Assembly: GCA_021604765.1 (NCBI GenBank)
Contig: BQJP01000001.1
Span: 262,226-326,225 of the forward strand
Length of the DNA: 64,000 bases
Direction: 5' to 3'
From: Thermodesulfobacteriota bacterium
GTDB lineage: Bacteria; Desulfobacterota_D; UBA1144; Nemesobacterales; UBA2774
The notes beneath the pieces were generated by a model, which had not been told where the DNA came from, did no database searches, and was given only the letters and a program-made list of their open reading frames with translations. Within the stretch, counting starts at the first letter, position 1; every line of letters starts with the position of its first letter. The translations under genes and the position numbers were made by a program. This document shows, piece by piece, positions 28,403 through 37,391 of the stretch.

Positions 28403-29563
28403 TTAATTGAAAATTTTTCTTCTCAACAACCTTCTAATTAATATGAATGCAGGAATGAACAAAAGAAGAGGGGCATAACTACTTGCCGCTCCAGGGCCGA
28501 CTATAGCGCATGAGCTTGAGCCACCACTTGAGTTATTCGGGTCGGGGTTAAAGTTGTCGACATAGATTATTATGTCAAAAGGTTCTGCTCCAAGAGCGCC
28601 CTGGTTCGAATTGCCAAAATCACTTATCACGGAGTTATTACCGGTACTTAGATTAACCCTGTATATCTCCCCCGAACTGTTTGTCCCGCCTGACTCATCT
28701 ACAACAAGAGCATTTTGTGGGTTCTCAAGCACTATTCCCTCTAAGTTATCTCCAAAATTGCTTATTATTTCCCTGTCTCCAGTGTCAGTGTCTACACTGA
28801 ATACAGCATTCAAACCAAAATCAGTAACTAGAGCTGTTCCAGGGTTTCCGATTGCCACGTGTCTTTGATCACTGCCCAAGGGGCCTTGAGAAGGGCTGCC
28901 AAAATCACTAAGCAGGGTTCTCCCACCAGAGCTAATGTCAACACTAAATAGGGCTCCGCGTGAGTTGGTGCCTGCTTCCGGATCAATCACAAGTGCAGTG
29001 TTGGAATTCAAAACTGCTACTCCAAATGGGTCAAATCCCGTTGGGCCTTGTGTGGAATTTCCAAAGTCGCTTACTAAATTCCTGAAACCTGAATTTACAT
29101 TCACACTACTTAAAGCACCGAGTGAGTTTGTGCCTCCGTCTCTTGTTACGACAAGCGCAGTAATAGAATCCTGCATAGCTATGCTTGAGGGATCACTAGT
29201 TAGAAACCCCTCTGTATTGTCGCCAAAATCACTAATGATTGTCCTTGTTCCGTCAGTTAAATTCACACCCAGCATCAAGCCCATTCCATCTGTTCCTGCC
29301 CCCATTTCAAGTACCAGAACGTTTTCGGTATCCCTCTGTGCAAGTCCTACAATTGCAAAACTTGTAGGTCCTTGGGACGGGTTTCCGAAATCGCTTATTA
29401 TAGTTCTCTGCCCGGTGCTCGGGTCCACACTAAAGAGGGCGGCGCTCGCATCTGCTCCGGCTCCAAGTGCTGTAACGAGGGCATCTCCCGAATTGGGCTG
29501 TGCCTGAGCAACGGTGCCTGCGAAAATTAATGTTATAGCTATTGCCGAAATTATTAATCTCAT
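28403..29563 (-). CDS. Secreted beta-propeller repeat protein with a Cys-TM-Arg C-terminal sorting signal
   Basis: Repeats 'GxRTIISDFG..QGP'; C-terminus SSGGSSSCAI...LLLFIPAFILIRRLLRRK. Confidence 0.8.
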   Translation of the reverse strand: MRLIISAIAITLIFAGTVAQAQPNSGDALVTALGAGADASAALFSVDPSTGQRTIISDFGNPSQGPTSFAIVGLAQRDTENVLVLEMGAGTDGMGLMLGVNLTDGTRTIISDFGDNTEGFLTSDPSSIAMQDSITALVVTRDGGTNSLGALSSVNVNSGFRNLVSDFGNSTQGPTGFDPFGVAVLNSNTALVIDPEAGTNSRGALFSVDISSGGRTLLSDFGSPSQGPLGSDQRHVAIGNPGTALVTDFGLNAVFSVDTDTGDREIISNFGDNLEGIVLENPQNALVVDESGGTNSSGEIYRVNLSTGNNSVISDFGNSNQGALGAEPFDIIIYVDNFNPDPNNSSGGSSSCAIVGPGAASSYAPLLLFIPAFILIRRLLRRKIFN

Positions 29564-29717
29564 AAACGTTTTCCTCCAACTCCTAGATGCTAAAAAAAAT
29601 TTTTTAGATAAGTGTTTTGTCCACTTTCTAATATTATAACTAAAGTTAAGAATTTAGTTGTAAACAGTGAAGCTCTCTTTTATTCTTGAACCTATTACAT
29701 CTATTTGGAGGGGATTA

Positions 29718-30212
29718 ATGAAAAGTTACCTTGCGGTATTTGCATTGTTTGTAGTTCTAAGTCTAGTTCTAGTTCCTGCATCTAAATCAACCGATATTAC
29801 AGATGAGTGTGTCATAGTTGAAGGGCTAGTATTCTGTGGCTCCAAGGATTGCAGAACCACTTCAAAAGGAGAGGTTGCCTGCGGTGGCAGATCGAAAGAC
29901 TGCCGCACTACTTCAGCTGGCAACGTCGCATGCGGTGGTTTATCTAAAGACTGTCGTACAACATCCGCCGGTAATGTAGCCTGTGGCGGATTATCCAAAG
30001 ACTGCAGAACAACCTCCGCTGGTAATGTCGCGTGCGGTGGATTGTCTAAAGACTGTCGTACAACTTCAAAAGGTAACGTAGCTTGCGGTGGATTATCTAA
30101 AGAATGCCGTACTACTTCCAAGGGGAATGTAGCCTGCGGAGGGATGGCTAAAGAATGTAGAACAACATCACAGGGTAATGTAGCCTGCGGTGGTCAGTGG
30201 AACTCGAACTGA
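29718..30212 (+). CDS. Secreted protein with seven 17-aa two-Cys tandem repeats
   Basis: SD ggagg and signal peptide; repeat unit SKDCRTTSxGNVACGGL. Confidence 0.85.
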   Translation: MKSYLAVFALFVVLSLVLVPASKSTDITDECVIVEGLVFCGSKDCRTTSKGEVACGGRSKDCRTTSAGNVACGGLSKDCRTTSAGNVACGGLSKDCRTTSAGNVACGGLSKDCRTTSKGNVACGGLSKECRTTSKGNVACGGMAKECRTTSQGNVACGGQWNSN

Positions 30213-30312
30213 TCTATCACTTGTTATAACAACTCCGTAATTCACCTATACATTTTTTTTCTAGTTGTATAAAATATTCCAACTTGAGAATTTAAGGAGG
30301 ACGTAGATAGCT

Positions 30313-30972
30313 ATGGATAATAACGATTTCGAGAAATATATGGAGAAGTTTGAGTCCCTTGTGCCCGAGCTTCACAATCCATGGACTGAATACAAAGAAG
30401 AGGTTTTTAAAGAAGGATTAATTTCTGTTAAAGACAAGAGGCTTATCGCAGTTTCCTGTGCCCAAATTACCGGATGCGATCATTGTATTGAAGAGCAGAC
30501 AAAGCACGCAAAGGCGGAAGGTGCAACTGATGAAGAACTGGCTGAGTCAGTTTACATCGCAATTCGTCTGGCTATGGGCCAGCCATATGCGTTTAGCAGC
30601 ATTGCGCTTGAGAACTATGATTTGATGAAAGCTAAAGAGAGCGTTTTCAAGGGTTACTTCATTAGCAAGAATATCACACCTCAAATTCAAGATTTTCATG
30701 CAGTTAGCGGAGAGAAGCATAAGAAATTTTCAGCTTTTCATGAGATTGTTTATGAAGACGGCCATCTTTCCAAAAAACTTAAAAAAGGTCTTATGGGTCT
30801 TGCCACAGCTATCTTGGCAAAATGCCCGTGGTGCATTAGAAGCTGCGTGCGTGATGGTCTTACAGAGGGTGTAGTAAAGGAAGAAATAGTAGAGGCTATC
30901 AATATTGCCATGGTGATGAACGGATGCGCTGCAGTTTCACATGCCGCAGCTACGATGAAAGCAGCCGAATAG
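30313..30972 (+). CDS. Carboxymuconolactone decarboxylase/AhpD-family protein, two domains
   Basis: Two CMD repeats with CDHC and CPWC motifs; 'GATDEELAE'. Confidence 0.85.
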   Translation: MDNNDFEKYMEKFESLVPELHNPWTEYKEEVFKEGLISVKDKRLIAVSCAQITGCDHCIEEQTKHAKAEGATDEELAESVYIAIRLAMGQPYAFSSIALENYDLMKAKESVFKGYFISKNITPQIQDFHAVSGEKHKKFSAFHEIVYEDGHLSKKLKKGLMGLATAILAKCPWCIRSCVRDGLTEGVVKEEIVEAINIAMVMNGCAAVSHAAATMKAAE

Positions 30973-30974
30973 GG

Positions 30975-31556
30975 TCAGTTTGTAGATGGATTGCAGATCT
31001 GACAGCTTTTAGTGTCATATTCAGTGTCCATAACTATCCCATTTTTATGCTGTGAAATACATGCGCAATCCACAAACATATCTTTTATCATCTCACGCCC
31101 ACGCTGTACGCGGGATTTCAGGCCTGAGTATGAAAGGTTCATCTGGTCTGCTATATCTTTTTGTTTAAGACCTTTTATGTCAGATAGTTCAAGTGGTACT
31201 TTATATTTATCAGGGAGTCTGTTCATAAAAACTTGGAGACACCCGGAGACGCAGGCTGAGTAGATGTCATCCGATGTTTCATCGATTGATGACTCTGTTC
31301 TTTCTTCATCAAACTCTGATGTCTCGAGTCTGTTTTTCCTATAGTAATCCGTAAGTGAGTTGCGCACTATCTGGTAAATCCAGGGGGCAAGCTTCTTTTC
31401 ATCCTTTAAATCACGAAGCTTGTTGTGGATTTTGATAAAGATTTCCTGGAGCAGATCATCGGCATCGTCTTTCTGCTGAACTTTCTTTAGAAGATAACCC
31501 CTTATCTGCGAAGAGAATTCATTCCATACATCATCTACATTGTGCTTATTTTTCAT
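30975..31556 (-). CDS. sigZ: ECF RNA polymerase sigma factor SigZ with a Cys-rich C-terminus
   Basis: 'ADDLLQEIFIKIH', 'WIYQIVRN' and 'SYSGLKSRVQRGR' motifs; tail DCAC...SCQIC. Confidence 0.85.
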   Translation of the reverse strand: MKNKHNVDDVWNEFSSQIRGYLLKKVQQKDDADDLLQEIFIKIHNKLRDLKDEKKLAPWIYQIVRNSLTDYYRKNRLETSEFDEERTESSIDETSDDIYSACVSGCLQVFMNRLPDKYKVPLELSDIKGLKQKDIADQMNLSYSGLKSRVQRGREMIKDMFVDCACISQHKNGIVMDTEYDTKSCQICNPSTN

Positions 31557-31650
31557 TTTAAAATCTTTCCTAAAAGATTAGGGCACACACTATATATTAA
31601 TCACTATATATATAATGTGCACCCATATCCATTCAATTTATCTTTTGTGA

Positions 31651-31755
31651 TTAACCGCAGCAGCATTTACAGCCTTCAGTCTCTTCGCCGCATCTGCATG
31701 GGTTGCACTCACAGTTGGTGCAATCACATTTTGGGCTCTTTTCTTTCTCGCTCAT
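31651..31755 (-). CDS. Metallothionein-like peptide (34 aa, 10 Cys), absent from the ORF track
   Basis: GGAGG SD; MSEKEKSPKCDCTNCECNPCRCGEETEGCKCCCG*; co-oriented upstream of sigZ. Confidence 0.8.
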   Translation of the reverse strand: MSEKEKSPKCDCTNCECNPCRCGEETEGCKCCCG

Positions 31756-31804
31756 GTTTAATACCTCCAAAGTTTAGTTAAGCATTTTCTGCTCTCACCT
31801 ATAA

Positions 31805-31830
31805 AGACGAAGCAGGGCCAAAAAAGACGC
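31805..31830 (-). promoter_or_regulatory. Putative ECF (SigZ) promoter
   Basis: Minus strand GCGTCttttttggccctgcttCGTCt, with the CGTC -10 element common to ECF promoters, about 50 nt upstream of the Cys-rich ORF. Confidence 0.55.
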
Positions 31831-31932
31831 AAAATTATATTTGTTCTGATCAGCAAATTTTCTTCGTTACTAAAGTGCTATATGCTACCATTTTGTTAAT
31901 TATAGACACTGATCAATCCGGTGGGAGGAATT

Positions 31933-32280
31933 ATGTATACGTTAGAACAATTAAAAATGTTTAATGATATGCCGTTTTTGGTATTTGTGAAGGACGAAGA
32001 TCTCAAATACGTTTATGGAAACAAGCAGTTTCTGGACCTTGTGGGTTATGGTTCACTCGATGAGCTTGTGTGCAAGAGCGACCACGAGATGATCTGGAGT
32101 GGTTATGCAGACACGCTTAACGAAAATGACAGAGCCGCTTTAAACAGCAATGAACCGGTTAATACTGATGAAAGCTCAGACATACCGGGTAAGGGTAGAG
32201 TCGGGGCAAGGGTATGCAAGTTTCCTACAATAGTAGACGGGAAGAAATGTCTGATGGGTGTTGCTATCTTTCACGATTAA
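31933..32280 (+). CDS. Stand-alone PAS domain protein
   Basis: 'MPFLVFVKDEDLKYVYGNKQF...LVCKSDHEMIW...ENDRAAL'; paralogous to 45039-45410. Confidence 0.8.
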   Translation: MYTLEQLKMFNDMPFLVFVKDEDLKYVYGNKQFLDLVGYGSLDELVCKSDHEMIWSGYADTLNENDRAALNSNEPVNTDESSDIPGKGRVGARVCKFPTIVDGKKCLMGVAIFHD

Positions 32281-32323
32281 TTAGGGTGTCTTCTTTCTCC
32301 AGAGCAAAAAGCAAAAATATGAA

Positions 32324-33310
32324 TCAATTTGTCGTATGGTTGACGGGCGTGTGGCCTGAGCGTGCTTTCTTGGCTTTTCTTATAAGCTGAGGGTTGGGAA
32401 TAACAACTGTTATATCCGAGACTAAAGTCCATTCCGGGCCGAATGTATCCTGTTTAACTATAGAGTACTGTGCCTCAAAACCAATTAGGACGGGAACCTT
32501 GTGTATCTTGAATAATTTACTGACGCCTGCCCCAACAGGAACATTCCACTTATCTCCATCATTAGCTTTAAAGTCAGCTTTAATCGTAGGCCTGGTCCTG
32601 ATGTTCCAGCCATTACTAAAATGGCGAGCGATAAGATATTGAATCTCCATCTGATTGGTGTCCTCTCTATTATCATCACCCGCAAAAGACCACCAGATCT
32701 GTGGTGTGGCTCCTATGGTCCATCCTTTGGGGACATAAAATATAGTCGCAGCAGGCCCCACTTGCCATTTGCCCTGTCCTGTTACATTTTTTGTAGCAGT
32801 AGGGAGTATAAAAGTAGGTCCTAGCCCAATTTCTATATCTTTGAAAATCTCACGACCTAATACCGTTGCGAGAATAGTATCACCCATCCCGGTTCTGTGT
32901 TCGACAGTTAGACCTCTTATTAAAGATTCTTCAAATTTCGGCTGTGTATCTACAAAAGGTATTTGGGGCTGTAATAACAAGACCCAATTCCCCAGGGATA
33001 TAGGCAGTCTGGGCCTGAATGTAAGGGTGTTTGTCCATACTTTTTTGCCGATATCACCCGTGTTGTAAATAGTGTCATTTTCAAAATCCAGCCTCCAGAT
33101 CTTCGCAAGCGGATTGATAATCTGGGATGAAAGCTCTTGCAGACTCATTGAACTTGCAGTCTGGTTTTGTGCGTCTGAGCTTTGGCTATCGTCTGAGTCT
33201 TGCGCTGAAGTTGATGCAATCGGGGAAAATATAAGGAAGGATATAATCCAAACAAGTACTGAGCTATGAATTTTTATGTTCACTACCCAATCATATAAAA
33301 AATAACTCAT
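32324..33310 (-). CDS. Outer-membrane beta-barrel protein (MetA-pathway/'neuromedin U'-like family)
   Basis: 'NPLA', 'TGMGD', 'GLGPTFILPTAT...GQGKWQVGPA' and 'WNVPVGAGVSK' motifs; exact start uncertain. Confidence 0.75.
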   Translation of the reverse strand: MSYFLYDWVVNIKIHSSVLVWIISFLIFSPIASTSAQDSDDSQSSDAQNQTASSMSLQELSSQIINPLAKIWRLDFENDTIYNTGDIGKKVWTNTLTFRPRLPISLGNWVLLLQPQIPFVDTQPKFEESLIRGLTVEHRTGMGDTILATVLGREIFKDIEIGLGPTFILPTATKNVTGQGKWQVGPAATIFYVPKGWTIGATPQIWWSFAGDDNREDTNQMEIQYLIARHFSNGWNIRTRPTIKADFKANDGDKWNVPVGAGVSKLFKIHKVPVLIGFEAQYSIVKQDTFGPEWTLVSDITVVIPNPQLIRKAKKARSGHTPVNHTTN

Positions 33311-33395
33311 GATTGCAATTATTTGTTTCAGCTTGCTCTATTGCTCAACAAATTGTATATATTTTGCAGAAACGGCATAAAAGGACTAAATTCAA

Positions 33396-33746
33396 ATGAT
33401 AAAATATATTGCATCTTTAACTCTTGTATTACTATTCTTTACGCTTATATCTTTCTCCGAAGAAAATTTAACTACATCTGGTTCAGAAGTCGATGTAGAA
33501 CTCGGAGCTCTTAGAGGCGAGATAGATAATATCAACAAGGATATACTTACGCTGCTTAACAAGCGGGCCGAGGTTGTTCTTGAGATTGGAAAGTTAAAAC
33601 AAGAAAATTCTATGGAAATATATGACCCCGCTCGAGAGAAAGAAATAGAAAAGAAATTGGTAGAACTTAATACCGGGCCGATGCCAAATGAGTCAGTAAT
33701 AAAAATTTTCAGAGAGATTATCTCTGCCTGCCGCGCACTACAATAG
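33396..33746 (+). CDS. Chorismate mutase (AroQ type) with a signal peptide
   Basis: 'LRGEIDNINKDILTLLNKRAEVVLEIGKLK...YDPAREKEI...IFREIISACRALQ'; hydrophobic N-terminus. Confidence 0.85.
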   Translation: MIKYIASLTLVLLFFTLISFSEENLTTSGSEVDVELGALRGEIDNINKDILTLLNKRAEVVLEIGKLKQENSMEIYDPAREKEIEKKLVELNTGPMPNESVIKIFREIISACRALQ

Positions 33747-33779
33747 ATAAAATTGACCTCTATGCTATATTCTCATCCC

Positions 33780-33971
33780 ATGGCTAAAAAATCTCAAGAG
33801 CCCCAGATCACTCTGTTTAACATGCATATATGCCGAAAGTGCAAAGGTGAGCTGCTTGAGTCTAAGGTAAATGCACTTGAAGGCTGGAAGTTCTGCCCGA
33901 CTTGCAACAAGCACTATGACATAAAAAACAGCAAATTTGTGACTACAAAATTTAATAAATATTTGTTGTGA
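33780..33971 (+). CDS. Small zinc-ribbon protein
   Basis: CRKC and CPTC pairs. Confidence 0.55.
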   Translation: MAKKSQEPQITLFNMHICRKCKGELLESKVNALEGWKFCPTCNKHYDIKNSKFVTTKFNKYLL

Positions 33972-34092
33972 AATAAAAAAAGAATAGCAACTAAATTCTC
34001 TTGTCCTATTATCTTACACATTTCTTCCTATAATTATAGTTTTTGTTACTTCCGTCCTGCCTAACACCCCTAAAACATTGTAATATTTCTAA

Positions 34093-34108
34093 TGGCACAA
34101 AGATTGAA
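34093..34108 (+). promoter_or_regulatory. Possible sigma54 promoter
   Basis: TGGCACAAAGATTGAA: perfect -24 element, -12 variant TTGA. Confidence 0.4.
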
Positions 34109-34110
34109 AA

Positions 34111-34161
34111 TAATAAACTTAGTGATCTAATATATTCAACTTGGAGGCCTAGTTATGACTG
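34111..34161 (+). repeat. 5' leader/RBS duplicated at 35593-35642
   Basis: taataaacttagtgatctaatatattcaacttggaggcctagttatgactg versus taataaaattagtgatcaaattttttaacttggaggtctgtttatgactg. Confidence 0.7.
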
Positions 34162-34544
34162 ATGCAATTCATCCAAACATCGCACTTCTTCAGAAATTCG
34201 ACATTCGAAATCTGGATGCTTGTGCTGATATAGTTGCAGACAATTTTGTGTGGCACTTTTTTAATCCAAAGCTGCCCGTACTGCAGGGAGACTATAATGG
34301 TCTTGAAGAGCTTAAAGGCTTTTTTGCAAAGCTAGATGAAATGACCAACCATAGTTTTAATGTGACTCCAGTTGAGGCACGTGCTGTTGGGGATGAACTT
34401 GTTGTAGTACAAACCTGTAACCGCATAGCGATAGGAGGTAGTACAATAGAATTTGATGTCGTTGTTGTCTGGCGGTTTGTTGATGGGAAAATTGCTGAGG
34501 CATGGGACATTCCATCTGTTTTTCAGGTACGGAATGTTGAATAA
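34155..34544 (+). CDS. SnoaL/NTF2-like protein
   Basis: 'HPNI', 'FVWHFFNP...GDYNG' and 'VVWRFVDGKIAEAWD' motifs. Confidence 0.85.
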   Translation: MTDAIHPNIALLQKFDIRNLDACADIVADNFVWHFFNPKLPVLQGDYNGLEELKGFFAKLDEMTNHSFNVTPVEARAVGDELVVVQTCNRIAIGGSTIEFDVVVVWRFVDGKIAEAWDIPSVFQVRNVE

Positions 34545-34601
34545 GTGCCATATCCAACTTTGATGTATTCTGCTTTAAGAAGGATATAATGGAGTAATTC
34601 G

Positions 34602-35561
34602 ATGAAAACTTTAGTATTTGGTGCAGGCCCAATTGGTAGTGTCTACACACATCTTCTGAGTCAAGCGGGTAAGGACGTGACTATACTGGCAAGAGGGCAG
34701 AGGTACGATTTTATTAAGGCCAATGGTCTTGTTCTGGTTGATGAAGTGAGTGGAAGCAAGAGCGTTTCGAAGGTTCAGATCGTTAATCAACTGACGTCGG
34801 ATTGTAAGTACGACCTCGTAATTGTGCTGGTTAGAAAGAATAAGCTCTGCCTTGTGATTGAAACTCTTAGATCAAATGAAAATATCAAGAACATTTTGTT
34901 CATGGGCAACAACGCGCTTGGATTTGAGAACTACCTTAAGCACTTGCCCAGAGAGAAGGTCCTGTTTGGATTCCCTGGTGCAGGAGGCGGGATCAGTGAG
35001 CAGATAGTTCATTATGCTGACAGGGAAAAAGAAGGAAGTAAGCGGATAGGAATAACTATTGGTGAGGTTGATGGGGAGACAAAGGAGAGAACTATAAACG
35101 TTAAAAAGCTCTTTGAAACCAGTGGAATTCCCGTTGACCTTGTCGAAGATATTGACTGGTGGCTAAAATACCATATTGCATTGGTCCTGCCGTTGGGAAA
35201 TGCGCTATACAAACATAATTGTGACAGTATTGCGCTTTCTAAAGACAAAAAGACTCTTAGGATGATGGTAAGAGCTGCAAAAGAAGGGGGTAGGGTCTTG
35301 GAAGCTTTGGGATATACGAAGCGTTACCCATGGCGTTTCAATTTGTTTTACTGGTTGCCTGAAATACTAAATGTTATGGCAGTGCAAAAACTATTGGAAA
35401 GCAAATTTGCAGAAGTTGCATTTGCCATGCATGCCAGTGCGGCAGGGGATGAGATGAGCGAGCTCTCAGAGGAATTCCAGAGTCTAGTAGATAAGACAAC
35501 TGTGAAAACACCTAACATAGATGCTCTCAAAAGATATATTAACGGAGAGGGGAAAGCATAA
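34602..35561 (+). CDS. Ketopantoate reductase family protein
   Basis: 'VFGAGPIGS', 'VTILARG', 'YDLVIVLVR' and 'FGFPGAGG' motifs. Confidence 0.85.
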   Translation: MKTLVFGAGPIGSVYTHLLSQAGKDVTILARGQRYDFIKANGLVLVDEVSGSKSVSKVQIVNQLTSDCKYDLVIVLVRKNKLCLVIETLRSNENIKNILFMGNNALGFENYLKHLPREKVLFGFPGAGGGISEQIVHYADREKEGSKRIGITIGEVDGETKERTINVKKLFETSGIPVDLVEDIDWWLKYHIALVLPLGNALYKHNCDSIALSKDKKTLRMMVRAAKEGGRVLEALGYTKRYPWRFNLFYWLPEILNVMAVQKLLESKFAEVAFAMHASAAGDEMSELSEEFQSLVDKTTVKTPNIDALKRYINGEGKA

Positions 35562-35635
35562 ATAAGAAAGATAATGACTCAAACATGGACTATAATAAAA
35601 TTAGTGATCAAATTTTTTAACTTGGAGGTCTGTTT

Positions 35636-36202
35636 ATGACTGGTCAATTAAACTGGTTTTGCGGTGGAATTGCCCTGGGATTGGTATTTGTTCTTGCGGT
35701 TTGGTTTGTTAAGCCGATAGGAGTTTCGACCCAGTTTGTCATATTTGATGGTATCGTCTGGAGTAAAATATCCCCGGGCCTGATAGTGGAAGATCCTGAT
35801 TCAAAGTCGGGATACACGAGTACAAATCCTTATCTGGATAAAAGCGGAGGTAAATATGCAAAGAATATTGCCAATCCGTTTAATTACAGTTTTATTTTTG
35901 TGATCTGCATTATATTGGGAGCTTTTATTTCAGCATTAACAAAAGGACCTAAAGCCTCAGTAGAAGACCGAATTGCGCCAGCAGTTTGGCGTAACAGGTT
36001 TGGCGGTGATCCGTCAAAACGATATCTTGCCGCATTTTTGGGTGGAGCATTAGTGCTTTTTGGAGCAAGATTAGCAGGAGGCTGCACGAGTGGGCATATG
36101 ATGAGTGGTATGATGCAGACATCTGTAAGCGGATATCTTTTTGCTGTAGCTGCCTTTGCCGTGGCAGTACCCACCGCAATTATTTTATATGGAAGAAAAT
36201 AA
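35636..36202 (+). CDS. YeeE/YedE sulfur transporter family protein
   Basis: 'FGARLAGGCTSGH' motif. Confidence 0.9.
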   Translation: MTGQLNWFCGGIALGLVFVLAVWFVKPIGVSTQFVIFDGIVWSKISPGLIVEDPDSKSGYTSTNPYLDKSGGKYAKNIANPFNYSFIFVICIILGAFISALTKGPKASVEDRIAPAVWRNRFGGDPSKRYLAAFLGGALVLFGARLAGGCTSGHMMSGMMQTSVSGYLFAVAAFAVAVPTAIILYGRK

Positions 36203-36214
36203 GGAGAAAGCAAA

Positions 36215-36772
36215 ATGCAGATAATACTCGCAATAATTATAGGAACTTTATTCGGATTTGTGCTTCACAGGGTTGGAGCCTCAAACCCGCAGAGGATAAT
36301 AGATATGTTAAGGTTGAAAGACTTTCATTTGATGAAAGCTATTCTCTTTGGAATAGCTGTGGCAAGCTCTATACTTTTTGTAGGTATGAGCTTTGGAATT
36401 ATAGAATCATCTCACCTTTCAGTTAAGGCTAGCTATTGGGGAGTAATAATAGGTGGGCTAATTCTTGGACTTGGCTGGGCGATAGGTGCATATTGTCCCG
36501 GCACAGGAGTGGCAGCTCTTGGGGATGGGCGGAAGGATGCTATCTTCTTTGTTCTAGGTGGATTTGTTGGAGCACTAATATATATGCTTGTATTTTCGAG
36601 CGTAAAAAGTTCAGGTTTGCTCGAAAGCATTCTCGGCGGAAAATCTACTCTCGCACTTACGCAGTCATCATATCCTGCTTTAATACATACTATGCCGGGC
36701 ATAGCAGTTGCACTTGTAATTGCAATTATTTTCGGGCTTATTGCTTGGTTACTACCAAAAAGCGCCAGCTAA
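36215..36772 (+). CDS. YeeE/YedE family protein
   Basis: 'FGFVLHRVG' and 'GLGWAIGAYCPGT' motifs. Confidence 0.9.
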   Translation: MQIILAIIIGTLFGFVLHRVGASNPQRIIDMLRLKDFHLMKAILFGIAVASSILFVGMSFGIIESSHLSVKASYWGVIIGGLILGLGWAIGAYCPGTGVAALGDGRKDAIFFVLGGFVGALIYMLVFSSVKSSGLLESILGGKSTLALTQSSYPALIHTMPGIAVALVIAIIFGLIAWLLPKSAS

Positions 36773-36803
36773 TATTTAAACTAAATTTGACCAAAGGAAC
36801 AAA

Positions 36804-37295
36804 ATGAATCCAGTTCATTTACATCTTATGTTGAACCACATTCCTCTAGTTGGGGTTGGGTTTGTAATATTATTATTTGTTCTTGCTATATTCTTGAGAA
36901 GTAATCAGCTAATCAATATCTCTTTAATCTTTACAATTTTAGTAGCCCTATGGGCTATTCCTGCTCATCAAACTGGTGAATCTGCGGAAGAGTATGTCAA
37001 AAATTTGCCCGGTTACTCAGATCAATTAGTCCAAGATCATGATATAGCAGCTGATATATCTTTTATTGTCATTGAAATAGTGGGTGTTCTTGCACTGATA
37101 AGCTTGGGTGCACGAAGGTTTTATAAAAAAATTGCCCAGACACTAACGATACTAACACTCGTTGGGCTTATTCTAGGTGGAGTGTTATTAGCCAGGGCCG
37201 CAAATTTAGGTGGCAAGATCCATCATCCTGAATTGCGTCAAGATAATAGTGCTGTAAATTCACCTTCATACAATTCTGAAAATAGGCATGATTAG
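36804..37295 (+). CDS. Membrane protein (DUF2231-like)
   Basis: 'HLHLMLNHIP', 'TGESAEE' and 'NLGGKIHHPE' motifs; four TM helices. Confidence 0.7.
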   Translation: MNPVHLHLMLNHIPLVGVGFVILLFVLAIFLRSNQLINISLIFTILVALWAIPAHQTGESAEEYVKNLPGYSDQLVQDHDIAADISFIVIEIVGVLALISLGARRFYKKIAQTLTILTLVGLILGGVLLARAANLGGKIHHPELRQDNSAVNSPSYNSENRHD

Positions 37296-37320
37296 ATGTA
37301 TAACAAGATTCTAAAGAAAT

Positions 37321-37361
37321 AAAAAAAAGGAGCCAGTACTAATTGTACCAAGCTCCCTTTT
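37321..37361. terminator. IPTL-CTERM-associated terminator (between convergent genes)
   Basis: A8-ggagc...gctccc-T4, 30 nt from the stop at 37392. Confidence 0.7.
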
Positions 37362-37391
37362 GTAAGTTTTAAATTGTGACGTTTCTATGTT

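Noticed and set aside
29840..30195. 51-bp periodic repeat resembling a CRISPR array
   Set aside because: No unique spacers; variation is at synonymous codon positions of a coding repeat; no cas genes.
31542..31781. Track ORF on the plus strand (79 aa)
   Set aside because: No SD or family signal; overlaps the better supported minus-strand Cys-rich ORF.
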